Assembly (NCBI GenBank): GCA_900547465.1
Contig: URHJ01000005.1
Location: 1-52,530, forward strand
DNA length: 52,530 bases
Reading direction: 5' to 3'
Origin: an uncultured Mycoplasmatota bacterium
GTDB lineage: Bacteria; Bacillota_I; Bacilli_A; RF39; UBA660
Position 1 is the stretch's first letter. Each line of letters begins with the position of its first letter. The position numbers were made by a program, and so were the translations under genes. Below the pieces are notes generated by a model. That model was not told where the DNA came from and made no database searches. It worked only from the letters and a program-made list of their open reading frames with translations. Positions 46,948 to 52,530 of the stretch are shown here, piece by piece.

Positions 46948-47764
46948 ATATCTCTTCCTCATCCATTTCTTCGTCACCTAAATTAATATCTTGCTTAGGT
47001 CTTAATTCATCAATTAGCATAATTCTGATATCATCAAGAGTAAGATTATGATATAACTCACCCTTAATAGCAACAGACATTCTACCAGTTTCCTCAGAAA
47101 CAACTAAACAAATAGCATCAGTTTCTTCACTAAGTCCTAAAGCTGCTCTATGTCTAGTACCAAGTCTCTTATTAATCTTTTGACTACTACTAGTAGGAAA
47201 AACTGCTCCAGCACAAGTAATTCTATCACCTTGAATTATTACACCACCATCATGTAGGGGATTACCTTCATAAAAGATGGCAATTAATAAATCACTAGTT
47301 AAGTCAGCATAGATTTTTTTTGCTTTATCAATATAATTTCCTAAACTAATATCTCTCTCAAGTACGATTAAAGCACCAATTCTTTCTTTTCTCATATAAT
47401 CCATTGCTTGAACTATAGAATATACAAGATGTTCTCTCTCATCAACAGTTAGAACTTTATGTCTACCTAACAATTGATTACGACCTAATTGCTCCAATAT
47501 ATTTCTAATTTCAGGTTGAAATATTATTATCAATGAGACAAATCCCCATTGTATAATATACTCAAGTAAAACCTTCATAGTAGTAAGTCCTAAAAGATCA
47601 CTCACAACTTTAAAAGCAAGTATAATAATTACACCTTTAATTATCAAAGAAAGTTTTACATTATTCTTAATATTCTTTAAAATAAAATAAAATATCATCC
47701 AAACTAACGAAATATCTATAATCTTTCGTACTATTGTAATAATATCTGTAACAGTTATTGACAT
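46931..47764 (-). CDS. cdaA: Membrane-bound diadenylate cyclase CdaA (DisA_N domain)
   Basis: Three N-terminal TMs, then GALIVLERD, PLHDGGVII and GTRHRAALGLSEETDAICLVVSEETG. Confidence 0.92.
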   Translation of the reverse strand: MSITVTDIITIVRKIIDISLVWMIFYFILKNIKNNVKLSLIIKGVIIILAFKVVSDLLGLTTMKVLLEYIIQWGFVSLIIIFQPEIRNILEQLGRNQLLGRHKVLTVDEREHLVYSIVQAMDYMRKERIGALIVLERDISLGNYIDKAKKIYADLTSDLLIAIFYEGNPLHDGGVIIQGDRITCAGAVFPTSSSQKINKRLGTRHRAALGLSEETDAICLVVSEETGRMSVAIKGELYHNLTLDDIRIMLIDELRPKQDINLGDEEMDEEEIYEENN

Positions 47765-47823
47765 CACATCGTCTCCTTTATCCGTAATACTTAGTATACA
47801 AAAAATAGTGAAAATAGTAAAGT

Positions 47824-48189
47824 CTATTGTCCTATATTTTGAGAATCATTCCCCTGATTTACAGTCAATTGTTGTGAAGAAGAAACAGTAGTTGGTATAC
47901 CAGAAACAACAGCCTGAATATCCTTTGCATTTTGTGGCATAGGAATAGTATTAGAAGAGTTATTTACACTAGATTGATTATTAGCTTCATGAAGATTCCA
48001 AGAAAGACTTTCATCTTTTGAAACCTCAGCATGAGAATTCTTGTAATCTTCAATTGCCTTCTTTTTTAGCAAGTTTTGTTCAGCTAAATATCCAATACAA
48101 GAACAAATTAAAATACCAGATATAATAGAAACAATAATATAAACAGGTCCATCTAAAACATCTCTAAAAAATGTAACAATAAAATCCAT
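47824..48189 (-). CDS. Hypothetical small membrane protein
   Basis: GAGGTGG SD and one TM, GPVYIIVSIISGILICSCIGYL. The tail is Ser/Asn/Gln-rich. Confidence 0.5.
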   Translation of the reverse strand: MDFIVTFFRDVLDGPVYIIVSIISGILICSCIGYLAEQNLLKKKAIEDYKNSHAEVSKDESLSWNLHEANNQSSVNNSSNTIPMPQNAKDIQAVVSGIPTTVSSSQQLTVNQGNDSQNIGQ

Positions 48190-48507
48190 CTAGCCACCTC
48201 TATTCTACAATAATATAATAACATCATAGTAAGATTTTTTAAAGACCAAATTATCAAACATTTCTAAATATTAGATATTTTCTATTATATGAAAAACAAT
48301 ATTTAATATTTAAATATCGCCTCTATAATATATATTATTAAGTACTTTTGTATAATCTTTAGTTTTAACACTCAACAAAAAAAGCCTAAGTAAATACCTA
48401 GACCTGTGTATACTTTTTATAGAATAATTTATACATAACTTAATTAAGTCAGCAACCATTAAATTATTTTGGACCTAATCATGATTGATATTTTACATTA
48501 CATAAAA

Positions 48508-48747
48508 TTATAATTTTTTAACAAGCAACTTTTTATTTAACATTTTTTCAACAGACAAACCATATTTCGCATTAATTATGCTTTGTTCCATCATTATTCT
48601 ATTTTCTTCTGTTCTAGCAAAAATACTTGCTTCTAATTTTGCATAATCTTCTAAAGTACCTTTATCATTTTCAGAAATAGTAACAAGCCTACTACCTAAA
48701 TTCAAATCAGCCAATTCCCTTACCATTTCTTCGTTAAAATTACCCAT
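48508..48747 (-). CDS. Hypothetical small soluble protein
   Basis: 79-aa ORF with a weak SD and no recognised motif. Confidence 0.35.
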   Translation of the reverse strand: MGNFNEEMVRELADLNLGSRLVTISENDKGTLEDYAKLEASIFARTEENRIMMEQSIINAKYGLSVEKMLNKKLLVKKL

Positions 48748-48870
48748 AATAAAAACCCCAAAAAATATTTGATAATAATATACACAATTATAATAAATTT
48801 ATCAACATCATCATTCATATAAAAAATACTTATTTAAAAAAAGTTCAAATTATTTGAACAAATATACAAA

Positions 48871-48946
48871 TGGTGCCGACTAAAGGACTTGAACCTTCGA
48901 CCTACTCATTACGAATGAGTTGCTCTACCAGCTGAGCTAAGTCGGC
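48871..48946 (-). tRNA. tRNA-Thr (anticodon CGU), CCA encoded
   Basis: The minus strand reads GCCGACTTAGCTCAGCTGGTAGAGCAACTCATTCGTAATGAGTAGGTCGAAGGTTCAAGTCCTTTAGTCGGCACCA. It folds into a perfect cloverleaf with a 7-bp acceptor stem, 4-bp D stem, 5-bp anticodon stem with loop TTCGTAA, and 5-bp T stem with TTCAAGT. Confidence 0.95.
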
Positions 48947-48998
48947 ATCTACAAATATAATACAACAAAAAAAGAATTTTGTGAACCTAAAACTCTTT

Positions 48999-49199
48999 TT
49001 ATTCAAAATCAATATGTTTAAACAAAATCCAGATATTAAGTACTCCAAAAATACCTATAATAATATAAATCAATTTAGTAAGAAAACTACCTTCCTGGAA
49101 AAGTAATGTAACAAGATTTAAATCAAATAATCCTACAAGACCCCAGTTAATAGCTCCTACAATTGTAAACACTAATCCAATTTTTTCTATTGTTTCCAT
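48999..49199 (-). CDS. DUF378-family small membrane protein
   Basis: The signature VGAINWGLVGLFDLNLV is present, along with two TM helices. AAAGGAGTG SD. Confidence 0.8.
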   Translation of the reverse strand: METIEKIGLVFTIVGAINWGLVGLFDLNLVTLLFQEGSFLTKLIYIIIGIFGVLNIWILFKHIDFE

Positions 49200-49246
49200 A
49201 ATACACTCCTTTCAATAGTATTTTTTACCAAAAATATAGTTTTATA

Positions 49247-49272
49247 CAAAAAAACTACATTTAAGTAGTTTT
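49247..49272 (-). terminator. Rho-independent terminator after mgtA
   Basis: The minus strand reads AAAACTAC-ttaaat-GTAGTTTT followed by TTTG, 8 nt after the mgtA stop. Confidence 0.55.
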
Positions 49273-49279
49273 AATAAAT

Positions 49280-51904
49280 TTACAACCATTCACCATTACG
49301 TTTTATGTATATTTTTTTAACAAAAGTTACTATTAAAAAGTATAAAATTACTAATCCGATTAAATATAAATAATAGTTAATTGGCAAAACAACAAAATGA
49401 AAACTTTCAACATTAGATAAGATAATAGGACAAATTATAGTTAATCCAATAGAAAATATAGTTAGTAGGTTTAATTTTTTACTTGCCATAGATTCTATAA
49501 ATGGTTTTTTAGCAGTTCTTACATTATAAATAATCATTAATTCAGTAACTAAACATGTAACAAACCAAGCAGTTTGAAAATAATCTTGTTTTGCTACACC
49601 ATTATAACCAAAAACATACCAGAATATAATAAATGATAATACATCAATAAATGAACTTGTAATTCCCATTACCTTCATAAATTTAGATATTCCTTTAGTA
49701 TCCCATTTCTTAGGATGAAGTAGGAACTCATCATCAACATTATCATATGGAATACCAATTTGAGATATATCATATATAAAATCTTGTATCAACATTTGAA
49801 TTGGTAATAATGGCAAAAATGGTAAAAAGATACTAGCAATCATAATACTAAATACATCACCAAAGTCAGCACTCATAGCCATCTTCATATATTTAATAAT
49901 ATTACCATAAACTTTTCTTCCTTCTATTACACCATCATAAATAACTTTCAAACTTTGTTCTAACAAAATTATATCACTTGCTTCTTTAGCAATCGAAGTC
50001 GCAGAATTAACCGAAATACCAACATCAGCTTTAGTAAGTGAAGGAGCATCATTCACACCATCACCCATATATCCAACAACATGCCCATTTGTCTTATATA
50101 AACGAACAATTCTTTCTTTTTGCAAAGGATTCATTCTAGCAAAAACATCAATATCTTCTATTTTCAAAGCTAACTCATCATCACTCATCTTATCAATATC
50201 ACTACCAAGTAATATATCATTACCATTAAGACCAACCATATTACAAATATTTTTAGTAGTAAAAGGATTATCACCAGTTAATATTTTTGTCTTAACACCA
50301 ACACGATACAACTTCTTCAAAGTATTTTTAACATCTTTCTTAGCAGGATCCAAAAATCCAACAAAACCAACAAATATCATATTTTTTTCATAACTAGAAT
50401 CAAATTCCTTACTTCCAGGATATTCATTTCTATAAGCTAAAGCAATAACCTGCATTCCATCACTAGCTAACTCAGTTGCTTTACTTTGTACCTTTTTAAT
50501 GATAGAATCATTAATTTTAGAAATTTTACCATTAATCTGCACTCTATCACAAATATTAATTATTTCCTCCAATGCACCCTTAGTAATCATTCTATAATGA
50601 TCATCTTTCTGAACAATAACACTTACTTTCTTACGTGTATAATCAAAAGGTATCTCATCTATCTTTTTATATTTACTTAAAATATCATAAAGCTTATGCT
50701 CCTTACCATAAGAAATAACAGCTCTATCTACTAAATTTTTAATACCAGTACTATAATAACTATTTAAAAAGGCATAATCTAAAATATCAATATTTTCATT
50801 ACCATTAACATCAATGTATTTCTGAAGAATAATTTTATTCTCTGTTAAAGTACCAGTTTTATCAGTACACAATATATCAATAGCTCCTAAATTTTGAATC
50901 GATTCCACTTTCTTAACAAGCGTCTTTTTAGAAGCAAGACTTCTACTACCTTTAGTCAAATTAACATTTACTATCATTGGAAGCATACTTGGGGTAATTC
51001 CAACCGCAACAGATAAAGCAAAAAGTAAAGCCTCAGCAAAATTATTTTTAATAAAGCCATCAATAATAATAACAACTATACATACAACAATCATATACTT
51101 GATTAATAAATTAGATATATCTTTTATACCTTTATCAAAGTTCGTAACTTCTTTTTTCTCATGAATTTCTCTACCCATTTCACCTAAATAAGTATTAAAA
51201 CCAGTATCAATCACCACTCCAGTACCATTGCCACTAATAACTGAACAACCCATTAAACAAATATTATTAATATTAAATAGGTCTTTGCTATCACCACTAT
51301 CTTCACTTAATTTTTCTATAGGAGCACTCTCACCTGTAAAAACAGATTGATTAATAAACAAATCTTTACTTTCTACAATTCTTAAATCTGCTGGAATAAT
51401 TGTACCTGCATTCAATTTTACAACATCACCAACAGCTACATCTTCTACCTTTATCTCAACTTCTTTCCCACTTCTAATCACACAAACAGTAGAATATATA
51501 CTTTGTCTCAATTTTCTATTAAACTTATACACAGAGTATTCTTGAAAAAAACGAAGTAAAGCACTAATAATAGCAATAGCTACAATAATAACCGAACCTA
51601 AATGATCACCTAAACAGAAATTAATAATAGCAAGTATCAATAAAATAATGATAAATTCATCTTTAAACGAATTTAATATAAAATATAATATACTCTTTTC
51701 ATCATCACGAATAACAATATTTTTACCATCACGTTTTAATCTCTCAGAAACCTTATTCCTATTAAGTCCAGTAACTGTTGTTTTGTATTTACTAAATATT
51801 TCTTCTCTTGGTAATATAGAAATAGAATTATATTTATTAAGTTTCTCTAGATCATCAGAAATCAAATTATTATTATGTTTTTTTATATCAAATATTCTTA
51901 TCAT
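49280..51904 (-). CDS. mgtA: Magnesium-translocating P-type ATPase (MgtA/MgtB type)
   Basis: Phosphorylation site CTDKTGTLT, TGES, and hinge MGDGVNDAPSL. The MgtA-specific segment is PFLPLLPIQMLIQDFIYDISQIGIPYDNVDDEFL. Confidence 0.92.
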   Translation of the reverse strand: MIRIFDIKKHNNNLISDDLEKLNKYNSISILPREEIFSKYKTTVTGLNRNKVSERLKRDGKNIVIRDDEKSILYFILNSFKDEFIIILLILAIINFCLGDHLGSVIIVAIAIISALLRFFQEYSVYKFNRKLRQSIYSTVCVIRSGKEVEIKVEDVAVGDVVKLNAGTIIPADLRIVESKDLFINQSVFTGESAPIEKLSEDSGDSKDLFNINNICLMGCSVISGNGTGVVIDTGFNTYLGEMGREIHEKKEVTNFDKGIKDISNLLIKYMIVVCIVVIIIDGFIKNNFAEALLFALSVAVGITPSMLPMIVNVNLTKGSRSLASKKTLVKKVESIQNLGAIDILCTDKTGTLTENKIILQKYIDVNGNENIDILDYAFLNSYYSTGIKNLVDRAVISYGKEHKLYDILSKYKKIDEIPFDYTRKKVSVIVQKDDHYRMITKGALEEIINICDRVQINGKISKINDSIIKKVQSKATELASDGMQVIALAYRNEYPGSKEFDSSYEKNMIFVGFVGFLDPAKKDVKNTLKKLYRVGVKTKILTGDNPFTTKNICNMVGLNGNDILLGSDIDKMSDDELALKIEDIDVFARMNPLQKERIVRLYKTNGHVVGYMGDGVNDAPSLTKADVGISVNSATSIAKEASDIILLEQSLKVIYDGVIEGRKVYGNIIKYMKMAMSADFGDVFSIMIASIFLPFLPLLPIQMLIQDFIYDISQIGIPYDNVDDEFLLHPKKWDTKGISKFMKVMGITSSFIDVLSFIIFWYVFGYNGVAKQDYFQTAWFVTCLVTELMIIYNVRTAKKPFIESMASKKLNLLTIFSIGLTIICPIILSNVESFHFVVLPINYYLYLIGLVILYFLIVTFVKKIYIKRNGEWL

Positions 51905-52043
51905 AATATCGCCTCTATCTTCAATTAAATTATACTACTAAACAAAAAAATAGACACATCAAATTACTTTATAGTGTATAAAATTGTAAAAATCTTTTAA
52001 ATTCGAATATATATTTATCTTCATAACTAAATCCTAACAAATT

Positions 52044-52072
52044 AAAAATCTACATTTTTTTCATGTAGACTT
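52044..52072 (-). terminator. Rho-independent terminator after the 52075 gene
   Basis: The minus strand reads TCTACAT-gaaaaaa-ATGTAGA followed by TTTTT, starting directly after the stop codon. Confidence 0.55.
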
Positions 52073-52074
52073 TT

Positions 52075-52500
52075 TTATAAATTAATCCATCTGCCTTTTT
52101 CTGAATTATTAATATCACTATTTTGACTGTTAGTACCTCTCTTATCCAAATCTCCCTTCATTCCTAACCAATCAGGCGATATATCAAATAATTGATCTAT
52201 AATCTTTTGTTCAGACTCAGTTTGTTCTTTTTTTATAAATATGGCTCTTTGTCTATCTAAAAATTCTCGTAAAGGATATCGAGAATTAGCACATTTATAT
52301 CCAGTAATTACATTTAAATCTCCGTACATGTCATAGTATCTTTTTGATTCATCTATTCCACGTAATTGGTACTTTACTTCTTGAATCTTATTATACTGCC
52401 TCAATTGTTCTTCCTCTAAACTTGAAACAACTTCTCCAGTTTCTTGTTTTTCTTTTATCTTTCTACATTGTGTTCGTAAATTAAGTTCAAAACTTCCCAT
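52075..52500 (-). CDS. Hypothetical protein (may extend beyond the right window edge)
   Basis: 141-aa ORF. The frame stays open upstream of ATG 52500 to position 52530 (KDRTPLGNTT), so the true start may lie outside the window. No family recognised. Confidence 0.45.
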   Translation of the reverse strand: MGSFELNLRTQCRKIKEKQETGEVVSSLEEEQLRQYNKIQEVKYQLRGIDESKRYYDMYGDLNVITGYKCANSRYPLREFLDRQRAIFIKKEQTESEQKIIDQLFDISPDWLGMKGDLDKRGTNSQNSDINNSEKGRWINL

Positions 52501-52530
52501 TGTAGTATTTCCTAATGGGGTTCTATCTTT

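Noticed and set aside
3440-46977. Longer N-terminal extensions given in the ORF track for gajA, gajB, the amidase fragment, the TasA-like gene, Abi_2, the SpoIID-like gene, the small membrane protein, EcfA-like, SDR, rpsH, rpsN, rpmC, rplD, dinB, the zinc-ribbon gene, XRE, spo0A, cdaR and cdaA.
   Set aside because: The track starts are mostly TTG or GTG or upstream ATG codons without an SD. Some fall inside terminators or upstream of the predicted TSS. Internal ATG codons with good GGAGG/GGTGA spacing and canonical N-termini were preferred.
51905-52043. Possible Mg2+ (M-box) riboswitch upstream of mgtA.
   Set aside because: The best -10 element (TATAAT at about 51933-51938 on the minus strand) leaves a leader of only about 20 nt. 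The remaining 100 or so nt is very AT-rich and lacks the multi-helix GC-containing structure expected of an M-box.
1-52530. Search for CRISPR arrays, rRNA genes, IS elements, integrases or long direct repeats flanking the accessory modules.
   Set aside because: Reading both strands, I saw no spaced direct repeats, no rRNA-like sequence and no transposase, recombinase or integrase motifs. The mobility of the Gabija and other accessory patches cannot be established from this window.

Overview
AT-rich chromosomal segment from a low-GC, endospore-forming Bacillota genome; Spo0A, CwlD and a SpoIID-domain protein are all present. The backbone is on the minus strand. It holds the complete S10-spc-alpha ribosomal protein cluster (rpsJ to rplQ, 40870 down to 26791) with secY-adk-map-infA-rpmJ-rpoA, then truA, rplM-rpsI and cwlD. 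Right of it lie dinB, spo0A, cdaA-cdaR, tRNA-Thr(CGU) and mgtA. Several accessory or unusual modules surround this core. (1) At the left edge, a Gabija-like pair (OLD-family ATPase/TOPRIM nuclease plus UvrD-like helicase) is followed by a co-transcribed unknown third gene and abuts a truncated amidase. (2) A plus-strand operon encodes a TasA/camelysin-like protein, a double CBM2-like protein, a SipW-type signal peptidase fused to a large polytopic domain, and a two-TM protein. (3) An Abi_2/HEPN gene is translationally coupled to htrA. (4) A stripped-down type VIIb-like locus has only EssC, EsaB/YukD, two tiny helical proteins and an orphan 478-aa protein. (5) At the position where Bacillus has ecfA-ecfA'-ecfT, there is an SDR gene plus two intact but catalytically degenerate EcfA-like proteins and no EcfT. 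No rRNA, CRISPR array, transposase or integrase was seen. All assignments rest on motif reading of the translations; no database search was run.
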